A stretch of 63,261 nucleotides of DNA from Thermoanaerobaculia bacterium (GCA_035949675.1 DASZHY010000090.1:1-63261), one strand, 5' to 3'. Positions 7,519 to 19,690 are shown, numbered from the stretch's first letter. Notes: a model not told the origin generated them from the sequence alone. Program-made: numbers and translations.

Positions 7519-9948
7519 CTACTCGGCGCGCAGCGCCTCGAGCGGATCGACCTCGGTGGCGCGCTGCGCCGGCACCCAATTGGCGACCAGCGCCACCGCT
7601 GCCAGCACCAGCACCATTGCAGCGAAGGTGAGCGGGTCGGCGGCGCTCACCTGGAAGAGCTGGTCCGCGAGCAGGCGGGCGGCGAGCCACGAGCCGGCCA
7701 GGCCCGCGGCCAGGCCGGCGCCGACCAGGCCCATCCCCTGGCGCAGCACCAGCCCCAGCACCTGGGCGCGCCCGGCACCCAGCGCGACGCGGATGCCGAT
7801 CTCGTGGGTGCGCTGGGTGACCGAGTCGCTGATCAGCCCGTAGATGCCGACCGCCGCCAGGATCAGCGCCAGGCCGCCGAAGAGGCTCAGCAGCAGCGTC
7901 CTCACCCGGCGCTCGGCGAGCGAGCGGTCCACCAGCTCGCGCAAGGTCTGGATGCGGTCGAGCGGCAGGTCGGGGTCGATCGCCTGCAACGACCTGCGCA
8001 CCGGCGCCGCCAGCGAGCCGGGGTTGCCGGGCGTGCGCGCCACCAGCCAAAAGTCCCACTGCGGCCACTGCAGCTGGCAGCGGTAGACACTGCCCTCCGG
8101 TTCCAGGCCGAGAGACCTGGAGCGCACGTCCTCCACCACGCCCACCACCGTCCACCAGCGGCGGCTGCTCTCGGGTGCCTTGAGGTCGAAAGAGATGCGT
8201 CGCCCGATCGGGTCCTCTCCCGGCCAGGACCTGACGGCGAGGGCCCGGCTGACGACCGCCACCGGCGGGCTGGCGGCATCGTCGTGCTCGCCGAACTCCC
8301 GGCCGTGCAGCAGCGGGATCCGCAGGGTCTGGAAATAGCCCGGGCTGACGGCGCTGACCGCGACCGGCAGCAGGTCGGCAGAGGACGGGCGCGGGCGCCC
8401 TTCGACGAAGAAGGAGTCGAAGTAGTCGCGACCCGAGAACGGCAGCGGATAGACGGTGGCCGCGGCGGTGACGCCCGGCAGCGCGCGGACGCGGGCGAGC
8501 GCCTGGCGCTGGAAGGCGACCCGCCTCGGCAAGGCGTTTTCCCCGTAGGTCGCCTCGGGGAGCGACAGGGTAACGCCCAGCACGCCGCCCGCCGCGAAGC
8601 CCGGATCGACCGCTTGCAGGCGGGCGAAGCTGCGCAGCAGCAGGCCCGCCGCAACCAGGAGCGTCAGGGCCAGGGCGACCTCCGCCAGCACCAGCAGGCG
8701 GCGCAGCCGCCGCCCGCCGCGGCTTCCCGCCAGCGCTCGCCCCCCCTCCTTGAGCGCGCGATGGCGGTCGTTGCCGAGCAGCTGGCCGAATGCCGGCACC
8801 AGGCCGACCAGCAGGCCCGCGCCGAAGGTGAGGAGCAGGGAAAAGGCGAGCACTCGGCCATCGACGCCGGTCGCCTCCGCCCGCGGGATCGCGCCACCAT
8901 AGAGCGTCACCAGCGCCGGCGTGCCCCAGGCGGCCAGCAGCAGCCCGAGGGCGCCGCCGGCGGCGAACAGCACCACGCTCTCGACCACGATCTGCCGCGC
9001 CAAGCGGCCGCGCCCCGCCCCCAGCGCCGAGCGCACCGCGATCTCCCGCTCGCGGGCGGCCAGGCGCGCCAGCATCAGGCTCGCCACGTTGGCGCAGGCG
9101 ATCAGCAGCACCGCCCCGACCGCGAGCCGCAGCAGCACGAGAGCGGGCCTGATGCGCTCGACCATCTCCTCGTGCAGCGGCCGCAACCGGACTCCCCAGC
9201 CCAGGTTGTCGGCGGGGTACTGGCGCTCGAGCCGGGCGGCGATCGCCGACATCTCCGCCTGCGCCCGCGCCAGGCCGGTGCCCGCGCGCAGCCTGCCGAA
9301 GACGCGCAGGTGGCGGCCGGAACGCCATTGCTGGTAGTCGGCGGCCAGCGGCACCCAGACCGCGATCTCCGGCGAGAGGGCCGCGGCGGCCGTTGGCGCC
9401 ACTCCGATGACCGTATGAGCGTGGCCGTCCAGCAGCACACGACGGCCAAGGACGCCACGCTCACCGCCGAAGCGGCTGCGCCACAGCGCGTTGGACAGGA
9501 CGGCCACCCGCGCGGCGCCGGGGCGATCCTCCTCGGGGCGGAAGAAGCGCCCGAGCGCCGGCCTCACCCCCAGCACGCGAAAGAACTCCCAGGTCACATT
9601 GCCAGCGGCCAGCGTCTCCGGCGTGCCCGCCGCGCTCAGGTTGTAGGTGTTGGGGTGGAAGGCGGCGAGACTCTCGAAGGCGCGGCTCTGCTCGCGCCAG
9701 TCGCGGAAGTTGGGCGCCGAGGAGCCGAAGCGAGGCAGGTCCTTCCCGGGATTGGTGTCGATGACCCGGATCAGGCGCTCGGGGTGCGGCACCGGCAGCG
9801 GTTGCAGCAGCACGCCGTCGACGACGCTGAAGATGGCGGCGTTGGCGCCGATGCCGAGCGCCAGGGTGAGCAGCGCCAGGCCGGTGGTCAGCGGGCTGCG
9901 CCGCAGCATGCGCACGCCGAAGCGGAGATCTTGCCAAAGCGCGTCCAT
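7519..9948 (-). CDS. ADOP-type duplicated FtsX/MacB-like ABC permease (orphan: no adjacent ATPase)
   Basis: The N-terminus 'LWQDLRFGVRMLRRSPLTTGLALLTLALGIGANAAIFSVVDGVLLQPLPVPHPERLIRV' matches the acidobacterial duplicated orphan permease family. There are two FtsX-like 4-TM halves in ~809 aa. Confidence 0.9.
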   Translation of the reverse strand: MDALWQDLRFGVRMLRRSPLTTGLALLTLALGIGANAAIFSVVDGVLLQPLPVPHPERLIRVIDTNPGKDLPRFGSSAPNFRDWREQSRAFESLAAFHPNTYNLSAAGTPETLAAGNVTWEFFRVLGVRPALGRFFRPEEDRPGAARVAVLSNALWRSRFGGERGVLGRRVLLDGHAHTVIGVAPTAAAALSPEIAVWVPLAADYQQWRSGRHLRVFGRLRAGTGLARAQAEMSAIAARLERQYPADNLGWGVRLRPLHEEMVERIRPALVLLRLAVGAVLLIACANVASLMLARLAAREREIAVRSALGAGRGRLARQIVVESVVLFAAGGALGLLLAAWGTPALVTLYGGAIPRAEATGVDGRVLAFSLLLTFGAGLLVGLVPAFGQLLGNDRHRALKEGGRALAGSRGGRRLRRLLVLAEVALALTLLVAAGLLLRSFARLQAVDPGFAAGGVLGVTLSLPEATYGENALPRRVAFQRQALARVRALPGVTAAATVYPLPFSGRDYFDSFFVEGRPRPSSADLLPVAVSAVSPGYFQTLRIPLLHGREFGEHDDAASPPVAVVSRALAVRSWPGEDPIGRRISFDLKAPESSRRWWTVVGVVEDVRSRSLGLEPEGSVYRCQLQWPQWDFWLVARTPGNPGSLAAPVRRSLQAIDPDLPLDRIQTLRELVDRSLAERRVRTLLLSLFGGLALILAAVGIYGLISDSVTQRTHEIGIRVALGAGRAQVLGLVLRQGMGLVGAGLAAGLAGSWLAARLLADQLFQVSAADPLTFAAMVLVLAAVALVANWVPAQRATEVDPLEALRAE

Positions 9949-10095
9949 GGCCCTGGCACTCTACTACGGCCCTTCGCGGCGAAGGTTTGATGGCCGCAGC
10001 GGGTTGGCGGTCTGCCACCGCGACGAGGAAGTCCAGGTCCGCTCGGCGCGCGCGAGAACGCGGCCATCAGTCTTATATACTTCTCGATAGGCTCC

Positions 10096-11295
10096 TTGGA
10101 GGGAGCCACACCCGAGACGCCAACCGTGAGGATCGTCCACACCAGCGACTGGCACGCGGGCCGCCGCTGGAAGGGGCTCCAGCGCCTCGACGAGCTGGAG
10201 GCGGTGCTCGAACACCTGGCGGCTTTCGTCGAGAGGGAATCGATCGACCTCGTCCTCCACAGCGGGGACGTGTTCGAGAGCCGCAACCCGCCGGCGGAAG
10301 CGGAGCAGCTGGTGAACCGGTTCCTGGTGCGCGTGGGCCGGGCCGGCGCGCACATGCTGGTCATCGCCGGCAACCACGACGATCCGGCGCGCCTGGATGC
10401 GCGCTCGTTGCTCACCGAGCTCGTCAACGTCAAGATCGTCGGCCGCCCACGCAGCGCCGCGCGGGGTGGGAGCTTCGTCGTCGAGACGCATCGCGGCGAG
10501 AAGGCGGTGGTCGCGGCGCTGCCGTTCGCATCCCCGGGCGCCTGGGTGTCGGCGCTCGACCTCGCGGGCGACGAGGAGGCCGCGCGCCGAAAATATGCGC
10601 GCATGTTCGAGCTCGCCGTGCGCGATCTGAGTGGCGCCTTTCGGCGGGACGCCGTCAATCTCTTCATGGCGCACACTCACCTCGAGGGCGCCCTGTTCGG
10701 CGAATCGGAGCGCCGCGTGCACATCGCGGAGGATTGGGCGGCCTCGCCGCAGGCACTGCCGTCGGCGGCGAGCTACGTCGCCCTCGGTCACCTGCACAAG
10801 CCGCAGCAGGTCGACGTGGGGGTGCCCGCCTACTACGCCGGATCGCTGATCCAGCTGGACTTCGGCGAGGCCGGGGAGGAAAAGACCTTCAACGTCATCA
10901 CGGCCTCGCCCGGGAGGCTCGGCAAGCCCGGCATGGTCGAGAAGGTGCCTTACGAGGGGGGGCTGCCGCTCATCGACCTGCGCGCCTCGCTGGCGGAGCT
11001 GGAGGCGGCCGCGGACCGATACCGCAAGGGTTGGATACGCGTAACCGTGCCGCTGACGAAAGCCGATCCCGATCTCAACCGCAAGGTCCGTGACCTGCTT
11101 CCCAACGTGCTGGTCGTGCGCGCCGAGCTCCCCGAGGTCGAGGAACCGGCAGAGAGCCGGCTGGAAACCGGGCTGCCGCCGGTTGGCCATTACGCCGCCT
11201 ATCACTTCCGCGAGCATGCGCAAGCGGCGGACCTGGCCGTCCTGGATACGTTTCAGGACCTCTATGACCAGGCATCCGGAGAAGACCAGCTTTAG
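10096..11295 (+). CDS. sbcD: Exonuclease SbcD (Mre11-type nuclease subunit). The true start may be the GTG at 10126
   Basis: Calcineurin-like phosphoesterase motifs are 'VRIVHTSDWHAG', 'HSGDVFE' and 'VIAGNHDD'. The gene is followed by sbcC. Confidence 0.85.
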   Translation: MEGATPETPTVRIVHTSDWHAGRRWKGLQRLDELEAVLEHLAAFVERESIDLVLHSGDVFESRNPPAEAEQLVNRFLVRVGRAGAHMLVIAGNHDDPARLDARSLLTELVNVKIVGRPRSAARGGSFVVETHRGEKAVVAALPFASPGAWVSALDLAGDEEAARRKYARMFELAVRDLSGAFRRDAVNLFMAHTHLEGALFGESERRVHIAEDWAASPQALPSAASYVALGHLHKPQQVDVGVPAYYAGSLIQLDFGEAGEEKTFNVITASPGRLGKPGMVEKVPYEGGLPLIDLRASLAELEAAADRYRKGWIRVTVPLTKADPDLNRKVRDLLPNVLVVRAELPEVEEPAESRLETGLPPVGHYAAYHFREHAQAADLAVLDTFQDLYDQASGEDQL

Positions 11296-11374
11296 TGGCC
11301 AGTGTGGCTCTTCCCCCCCAGGGGCCGCAGGGCGAATGAATACCTTGCGAATCAGCCGATCGGGACTCTGAGCG

Positions 11375-14300
11375 TTGCGCCCCGTCCACCTCGCCGTCGA
11401 GGGGCTCGCCTGCTTCCGGGAAAGGCAGCAGATCGACTTCCGCTTGCTGGAGCTGTTCGCCATTTCAGGGCCGACCGGGGCCGGCAAGTCGACTTTGCTC
11501 GATGCGATCATCTTCGCGCTCTATGGTGAGATCCCTCGGGTCAACTTCCAGAGCCGGACCGAAATGATCTCGGCGGCGCGGGACCGGGTCACCGTGGTGC
11601 TGGATTTCGACGTCGGCGCGAGCCGCTACCGCATCACCCGCGTCCTCAGGCGCAATGGCGTGCAGATGGTCCGTCTGGAGGAGCGGGACGCAAGCGGCTC
11701 CTTTCGCAGCCTGGCGGACCAGGTGCGAACCGCGACCGACCGGGTGGTTCAGATCCTCGGACTCGGCGCCGCCGCGTTCATGCAGGCCGTGGTGCTGCCG
11801 CAGGGCGAGTTCGCCCGCTTCCTCAAGGCGCCGCCGCGGGACCGGCGCAGCATGCTGCGCACGTTGCTGCGGCTCGACGTGTACGAGCGGATGCGTGAGC
11901 AGGCACAGCGTCTGTCCGCCCTCGAGAAGGTCGCCGTCGATTCGCTGCGCAAGCTCTTGACGGACGAATATGCGGGACTCGACGAGTCGGCGGTAGCCGG
12001 TCTGGTGGCAGAGCAGGCCGAGGTCGTCGAATCGCTCGCAACGTTGCGGCAGCGGCGGGACGTGATCCAGGTTGCGCTTGCCCGGGCGCAGAGCCTGCAC
12101 GCGAAGACCCGGGAGCTGCGCCAGGTCGAGACCAGGCGGGTCGCCTTGCAGAAGCAGGCGAAACAGGTGAAGGTCGAGCAGGCGAGGATCGAAGCGGCGG
12201 CGCGTGCGGCGCCCCTGTTGCCTTTGCTCGACGAAGCGGCGCGCGCCTTCGGCGCCGCGAAGACGGCGACCCATGCGGCGGAGGAAGCGAAGGCCCGCAA
12301 AGACGTCGCGCAGCAGGAATGGCAGGCGAAGGCCGGCGCGCTCGAGGCAGCGGAGAGGGCCGGCAAGACGATCCAGATGCTGCGGGTGCAGGTCGGTCGC
12401 CTCCACCAGGTGATCGGACGCCTCCCCGAGCAAGAGCAGCTCGCGGCGACGCTCGACCGGCAGACGCAGGAGGCTGCGGCCCTGAAGGACCAACGGACCG
12501 CGCTCGCGGCGGCGGTCGAATCGGCGCTCGCGGCGCAAGCAAAACAGGAAGGTGCCGTCCATGCCGCGCGGCAGGCCGCCGCGGCCTCCGGTTACGATCC
12601 GGAGCTGGACGAGCTGTTGCAGACCGAGCGCGACCGCGCCGTCGAGCTGGGCGCTGCCCGCAGGGCCGCGGCGGAGCGTAGGGCCGAGCTCGCCCGCAAG
12701 CTCGAGGCGGCGACCGAGCATGCCCGGGAGGTCGCCTTGCTGAAAAAGCGCGTCGAGTCGGCCAGGAGGACCGCGGCGAAGGCGAAGCGCGGCTTCGAGG
12801 CGGCCGAGGAGGCGCTGCATCTCGCCGTCAGTCTCAACGAGGCCAATCACCTGCGCGAGAAGCTGCTGCCCGGCCAACGCTGTCCCGTGTGCGAGCAGCT
12901 CGTGGACACCCCGCCGGCGATCCAGCTGGCGCCTGAGGTCGAAGCGGCCAGGGCCGCGTACCGGGCCGCACGCGACAAGCGCGCGGACGCCGAAGCGCTC
13001 GCTCGGCGCAGCGAGGCGGCGCTCACCGGGGAAGAGGCGCAGCTGCTCGCGGCGCGCCAAGGGCTCTCCGAGCTGGAGGCGCGCTGCGCCGAGATAGAGG
13101 CCGGCGTGGCGGCCGCCGAGGCAGCGATCTTTCAGACACTCGACGCCCGTGCTCCGCAAGGCGGCGGCGTGATCGAGGCCTGGATCGAGAGACGGATCGC
13201 GGCGCTGGCCAAGAGCCGCAAGGTGAACGCCGACGCACAGGCGCAGCAGGCCGCGGCTGAAGGAGCCCGCGAGAAGGCCATGGCCGCGGAGACCACGGCC
13301 CGGGAGCGGCTCGGCGAGAAGAAAACCTTGCTGATGCGGCTGGAAAAGGAGCGCCGCGCGGGCCTGCGGCGGCTGCAAGCGTTGCAGGCCGCGGTCCGTG
13401 CCGTCACCCGCTCTGCCGACCCGGCCGCCGAGGCTGGCGCCTTGGAGGAGCAGATCCGGCAGATAGAAGCCAACCTGAAGGCGGCTGCAGAAGCGGCGGC
13501 GAGCGCCCGGAACCGTCTGGCGACCGCCGAGGAGGCGCAACGGCTCACCGCCGAATCCGCCCTGACAGCTCTGGAAGCCGCCCTGAAGAGAGCGCAGAGC
13601 CGGGACCAGGAGATCGAGCGCGCCGGCTTCGAAAACGAGGCCGCCATCCGCAAGGCCTTGCTCGACAAGGCCACCGTCAACCGCCTCGAGGAGCAGGTCC
13701 AGCGCCACCTGCAGGACGCCCACGCCGCCGACGCGCGGCTCGCCGAGCTCGGCGCCGAGCTCGGGGATGAGCGAGTCTCCGACCAGCAGCTGGCGGCGGT
13801 CGAGAAGCTCGCGGTCAATGCCACCGCCGAGGTCGAGACCGCGCTCGGCCGGGAAAAGAGGCTCGAGGAGCAGATCAGGCGCGCCAGAGAGCGCCTCGAA
13901 CGCTTGCAGGAGCTGCGCGAAGAGCTGCGCCGCGAAGAGGCTGCTCTGCATGTGCACGAGCTCCTGGCCGCGGACCTGCGCAACGACCGCTTCCAGGCGT
14001 ACCTGCTGCAGGAGGTATTCACCGAGCTGGTGCGGGGCGCCTCCGCCCGGCTCCTGACCCTGACCGAAGAGCGCTACTCCCTGCGCTTCAACGACGACGC
14101 GATCCGGGTCGTCGACCACGACAACGCCGACGAGACGCGGATCAGCGACACCTTGAGCGGCGGCGAGACCTTCCTGACCTCCCTGGCCCTTGCCCTGGAG
14201 CTGAGCGACCAGGTGCAACGCGCCGTCGGCGCGGTCAACCTCGACAGCCTCTTCATCGACGAAGGCTTCGGCACCCTCGATCCCGACACTCTATCTCTCG

Positions 14301-14458
14301 TCTCCGAGACCCTCCAGAACCTGCGCATCGGCGGCCGGATGGTCGGCGTCATCACCCACATCCCGGAGCTGCGAGACGAATTCGCCCAGCAGGTGATCGT
14401 CATCAAGCACCAAGGCTACTCGACCGTCGAGGTCCGCGGCCTCGCCGAGCCGGCGTGA
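11375..14458 (+). CDS. sbcC: Exonuclease SbcC (Rad50-type SMC-like ATPase)
   Basis: Walker A is 'GPTGAGKSTLLDAIIFALYG'. A long Ala/Glu/Arg coiled coil carries the zinc hook 'CPVCEQ'. The signature motif is 'LSGGETF' and Walker B is 'LFIDEGFGTLD'. The start codon is TTG. Confidence 0.9.
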   Translation: MRPVHLAVEGLACFRERQQIDFRLLELFAISGPTGAGKSTLLDAIIFALYGEIPRVNFQSRTEMISAARDRVTVVLDFDVGASRYRITRVLRRNGVQMVRLEERDASGSFRSLADQVRTATDRVVQILGLGAAAFMQAVVLPQGEFARFLKAPPRDRRSMLRTLLRLDVYERMREQAQRLSALEKVAVDSLRKLLTDEYAGLDESAVAGLVAEQAEVVESLATLRQRRDVIQVALARAQSLHAKTRELRQVETRRVALQKQAKQVKVEQARIEAAARAAPLLPLLDEAARAFGAAKTATHAAEEAKARKDVAQQEWQAKAGALEAAERAGKTIQMLRVQVGRLHQVIGRLPEQEQLAATLDRQTQEAAALKDQRTALAAAVESALAAQAKQEGAVHAARQAAAASGYDPELDELLQTERDRAVELGAARRAAAERRAELARKLEAATEHAREVALLKKRVESARRTAAKAKRGFEAAEEALHLAVSLNEANHLREKLLPGQRCPVCEQLVDTPPAIQLAPEVEAARAAYRAARDKRADAEALARRSEAALTGEEAQLLAARQGLSELEARCAEIEAGVAAAEAAIFQTLDARAPQGGGVIEAWIERRIAALAKSRKVNADAQAQQAAAEGAREKAMAAETTARERLGEKKTLLMRLEKERRAGLRRLQALQAAVRAVTRSADPAAEAGALEEQIRQIEANLKAAAEAAASARNRLATAEEAQRLTAESALTALEAALKRAQSRDQEIERAGFENEAAIRKALLDKATVNRLEEQVQRHLQDAHAADARLAELGAELGDERVSDQQLAAVEKLAVNATAEVETALGREKRLEEQIRRARERLERLQELREELRREEAALHVHELLAADLRNDRFQAYLLQEVFTELVRGASARLLTLTEERYSLRFNDDAIRVVDHDNADETRISDTLSGGETFLTSLALALELSDQVQRAVGAVNLDSLFIDEGFGTLDPDTLSLVSETLQNLRIGGRMVGVITHIPELRDEFAQQVIVIKHQGYSTVEVRGLAEPA

Positions 14459-14494
14459 TCCCGAGCCGATGCCGGTAGGTAGCCGGGTCCCGGG

Positions 14495-17314
14495 TCAGGG
14501 ATGCTCGCCGCGCACGTCGGCCACGGGAAGCGCCCAGAGCTCCCGGCCGTGGATCCCGTCGTCGGCCCAGAAGAGCACCTGCTCGCCGACCACGCTGAAG
14601 GGCCCCGGACTGCTCGCGGCCGGGCCGGCCGCGATGTCGCCCAGGCGGAACGTGCCCGCGGCGGTGCCGTCGCTGCGCCAGGGCTCGAGCCCGGAGATGC
14701 CGTCGGCGGCGGCGAAGACGAGCACTCCGCCAACCGCGGTCAGGTTCTGCGGGACGGAGCCGAGCAAGCCGGGGCGCAAGTCGACGACCAGGTGGGTGCT
14801 CCCGGTGGTTCCCCGGCTGACCCAGAGCTCCGAGCCGGTGGTCTCGTTGAAGGCGACGAAGAACAGCGACCCGTCCGTCACGGTGAGGGCGTGCGCAAAG
14901 GAAGGCTCTCCGCCGAGCACGAGATCGTCGACCAGCACCGTCCCGTCGCTGGTGCCGTCGCTGCGGAAGAGCGCCTCGCCGTCGTCGTGGGCGGCGATGA
15001 AGTAGAGCGCGCCCTGGAAGATGACGAGATCGTGGGGAGCCGAGTCGTACGGCGCCGCGCCCTGATCGACGACGCGATAGGTGCCTCGCCGCCTGCCATT
15101 CGAGAACCACAGCTGGCGGCCGCTCGTGCCGTCATTGGCCACGAAGAAGGCGCCGCTGCCGAAACGGACGAAGTCGGTCGGGTTCGAGCCCACCCCGATC
15201 AGCGCCGGCTTTTGGTCCTCGGTCACGTCGTTGGGCATGGTGGCGGGGTTGATGTCGGCCACCAGGCGGGTACCGGCGGCGGTGCCGTCGGTGAGGAAGA
15301 GCTCCCTGCCATGGATGAGGTCGTCGGCGGCGAAGAGAACGGACCCCCCCAGGGACACCCCCGGGCCCGGATCGGACGGCAGCGGCAAGCCATCGCATTG
15401 CGAACCGCCGCCCGGGCCGATAAAGGGGTTCAGCTCGAGGATCTGGCGCGTGTGCGCCGGCGCTCCGTCGCTGATCCACGGCTCGGTGTCGACGAGGCCG
15501 CATTCGCCGAAGCTCGGCGGCGACCCGGAGAAGATCAGGCGGCCGTCGATGGCGGCGATGGGGAGACCCGAGGCGAGACGGCGGCCGCCGAGGCTTCGCG
15601 TACCGCGGTCGGTGCCGTCGGTCGCCCAGAAGCGGCCGCCGGCGTTGAAGAAGAGGTGGGCTCCCGCGGTGCCGAGGGGGGACGCCGCCCCGCCCCGCTC
15701 GCCAAAGGTGCCGAGGGCAGCCGCGCCGACGAGCCGGGTGCCTGCCAGCGTCCCGTCCGTTGCCAACAGCTGCTCGCCGGCGGGCGAGGTTTGGGCAAAG
15801 AAGAAGAGCTCACCGCCAAAAAGGACTTGTCCGTGCGGACCGGAAGATCCGTCGGCCGGTTCGAAATCGCGGAGGAGATTGACGGACCGCGCGGCGGCGT
15901 CGATGCGCCACAGCAGGTTGCCGCCGCTCGCAAAGGTCGCACCGTCGAGCAACGGGGCGAGGGTGTACTCGTCCGGCATGGGCGCTCCCGGCAAGCGAAT
16001 GCGGCGCGTGCCGGAGGCGGTGCCGTCGCTGATCAGGAGATCGGGGTATCCCTGAATGAAAAGGCGGTCGGGCTGCTCGATGACCTCCTCGACGTCACCG
16101 ATCGCCAATGGAACGACCAGCGCCGTCGTCTCGGGAGTCCCTCCGGTGCGCCAGATCCCGCCGGTCGTGACCGCATAGACAACGGAGCCGAGGTGGCAGA
16201 TGATCGGGCGGAAACCGCTCGGCACCTTGGCCAGCACGACGGTTCCCGCAGCCGTTCCATCCGAGCGCAGCCAGTCGCCAGAGGAGTCGACGGCATAGAA
16301 GGCACCGTCGACGACCTCCCAGCTCTCGAAGTACAGGAAGGAGGGATCCGCGACGAGCCCGGCGAGGTCGCGAACGAAATGGGTGCCGGCAAGGGTCCCG
16401 TCGCTGACCCACAGTTGCGTGCCATCGACAAAGAAGAGGGGGCCGGAGGCAGCCGCTTGTCCGGCGACCGCTGCCCCCGCCCTGGTCGCATCCTGCAATC
16501 GCGCGCCGGAGATGGTGGCGAGTTGCGCGAAGCGGTGCAGCCTCACCGTTCCCTCGCGCGTGCCGTCGGTGCGCACGAGCGAGTCGGCATAGTCGGTCGC
16601 CGTGCTCAGCAGCAGTGCGTCGCCGGCGGCGGCCGTTCCGATGAACACCTCGCCGGAGAACCGTCCGAAGCCGCAGAGGCCGAGATCGGCACAGAAGTCC
16701 GCGACCTGCCGCGTGCCGCGCGGGGTCCCGTCGGTGCGCCACAGCATCGGGGCATGCGCCTCCCGGCGCACCAGCAGCCAGAGATCCCCCTTCCATACCA
16801 GGCCGTCGACAACTGCCACCTGGCAAAGTCCCGGACAGAGCTCCTTGACGAGAGTCTCATGACCGGGGACTCCGTCGGTGCGCCACAGCTCGCCCTGGCG
16901 GTCGCCGTCGCCCGCGGCAAAGATGAGAAAGCCCGACAGGAAGGCCAGCGGCGAGGCTCCGGAATCGCAAGTGCCGGGGCAAAGGTCGGTCAGCCGATAG
17001 GTCCCTTGGGCGGTCCCGTCGGTCCGCCACAGCTCCCGCCCGTGCTGCGGGTCGGAGGCCGAGAAGTAGGTGATCCCGTCGTGCTCGACACCCAGGAGCA
17101 TCTCGTAGAGAACGTCCCCCGCCGGACCCGTATTGAGGTTGGCCACCAGGTGCGGGGCGGCGGTCGCGTCCGTGGCGAGACCGACGAGACCGACGAGGCC
17201 GGCCAGGGCGAGCAGGGCGAGGACTCCCAGGCGTCGCCCTCGCGCTACGAGCGGCGGGCACCGGCGTGACTGCAGGTCACAACGTGGAGCCGCAGGTGCT
17301 GTGGCATGGACCAT
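14495..17314 (-). CDS. ELWxxDGT-repeat protein (secreted, ~17 repeats)
   Basis: The hydrophobic signal is 'RRLGVLALLALAGLVGLVGLA'. Repeats recur about every 50 aa: GRELWRTDGTAQGT, GELWRTDGVPGH, TQLWVSDGTLAGT, GRELFLTDGTAAGT, GLEPWRSDGTAAGT and others. Confidence 0.85.
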   Translation of the reverse strand: MVHATAPAAPRCDLQSRRCPPLVARGRRLGVLALLALAGLVGLVGLATDATAAPHLVANLNTGPAGDVLYEMLLGVEHDGITYFSASDPQHGRELWRTDGTAQGTYRLTDLCPGTCDSGASPLAFLSGFLIFAAGDGDRQGELWRTDGVPGHETLVKELCPGLCQVAVVDGLVWKGDLWLLVRREAHAPMLWRTDGTPRGTRQVADFCADLGLCGFGRFSGEVFIGTAAAGDALLLSTATDYADSLVRTDGTREGTVRLHRFAQLATISGARLQDATRAGAAVAGQAAASGPLFFVDGTQLWVSDGTLAGTHFVRDLAGLVADPSFLYFESWEVVDGAFYAVDSSGDWLRSDGTAAGTVVLAKVPSGFRPIICHLGSVVYAVTTGGIWRTGGTPETTALVVPLAIGDVEEVIEQPDRLFIQGYPDLLISDGTASGTRRIRLPGAPMPDEYTLAPLLDGATFASGGNLLWRIDAAARSVNLLRDFEPADGSSGPHGQVLFGGELFFFAQTSPAGEQLLATDGTLAGTRLVGAAALGTFGERGGAASPLGTAGAHLFFNAGGRFWATDGTDRGTRSLGGRRLASGLPIAAIDGRLIFSGSPPSFGECGLVDTEPWISDGAPAHTRQILELNPFIGPGGGSQCDGLPLPSDPGPGVSLGGSVLFAADDLIHGRELFLTDGTAAGTRLVADINPATMPNDVTEDQKPALIGVGSNPTDFVRFGSGAFFVANDGTSGRQLWFSNGRRRGTYRVVDQGAAPYDSAPHDLVIFQGALYFIAAHDDGEALFRSDGTSDGTVLVDDLVLGGEPSFAHALTVTDGSLFFVAFNETTGSELWVSRGTTGSTHLVVDLRPGLLGSVPQNLTAVGGVLVFAAADGISGLEPWRSDGTAAGTFRLGDIAAGPAASSPGPFSVVGEQVLFWADDGIHGRELWALPVADVRGEHP

Positions 17315-17373
17315 GGCGGAGCCTCCTACCGCGTTCTGAGCAGCCGCGGTGCTCTGGGCCTCGTGGAATTAAG

Positions 17374-17388
17374 CATAGACTATCTATG
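17374..17388. promoter_or_regulatory. Palindrome CATAGA-cta-TCTATG inside an AT-rich island of the divergent intergenic region
   Basis: 'ggaattaagcatagactatctatgtactgaacac' was read directly. It is a locally AT-rich segment in GC-rich DNA, lying between the ELWxxDGT gene and the sigma54 activator gene. Confidence 0.3.
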
Positions 17389-17468
17389 TACTGAACACAA
17401 GAGCTTCCCGGTCGGTCGACGTGGAGCTTTTCGCCGCGTGCCTGACGGCGGCCGCGGCGAGCGCCGCG

Positions 17469-17498
17469 AGCTTCGCGAGGCTTCGCGGGCTTCGCGGG
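17469..17498 (+). repeat. Three tandem GCTTCGCG(A/G)G units upstream of the activator gene
   Basis: 'gagcttcgcgaggcttcgcgggcttcgcgggtc' was read directly. Confidence 0.6.
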
Positions 17499-17529
17499 TC
17501 CCGGTGCCGAAGGCGAGAAACCCGTACGC

Positions 17530-17535
17530 TAGAAT
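17530..17535 (+). promoter_or_regulatory. Candidate -10 box TAGAAT, 6 nt upstream of the ATG at 17542 (would imply a leaderless or near-leaderless mRNA)
   Basis: 'cgtacgctagaatgagacgATG'. There is no Shine-Dalgarno sequence between the box and the ATG, and no convincing -35 element. Confidence 0.2.
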
Positions 17536-17541
17536 GAGACG

Positions 17542-19587
<2,046 letters not shown>

Positions 19588-19650
19588 TCCTGGTCCCCGC
19601 AGCCCGCCCCGCCGCGGTCGTCGCGCGCGTCGCGCGTCGCGCATTGCGCT

Positions 19651-19690
19651 GTCCCGATTTCTGACACCTGTCCTGATTTCCGAGCACCTG
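19651..19690 (+). repeat. Imperfect ~20-bp direct repeat (candidate activator binding sites), ~100 nt upstream of a TGGCAC element
   Basis: The units gtcccgatttctgacacctg and tcctgatttccgagcacctg match at 17/20 positions with one indel. Confidence 0.4.

Noticed and set aside
9954-9959. A TGGCAC hexamer in the ADOP/sbcD divergent region, considered as a sigma54 -24 element.
   Set aside because: No GC or TTGC element occurs at the required spacing ('tggcactctactacgg'), and SbcCD is not an expected sigma54 target. It is most likely a chance occurrence.
7094-9990. ORFs 7094-9328 (minus, 744 aa) and 7804-9990 (plus, 728 aa).
   Set aside because: These are shadow frames of the ADOP permease gene. 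Their composition is Arg/Gly/Ala/Pro-rich, and only the 7519-9948 frame gives FtsX/MacB-type sequence.
11465-17269. ORFs 11465-14218 (minus, 917 aa) and 14501-17269 (plus, 922 aa).
   Set aside because: They lie antisense to sbcC and to the ELWxxDGT-repeat gene respectively. They have no motifs, whereas the chosen strands carry Walker/zinc-hook motifs and ~17 ELWxxDGT repeats.
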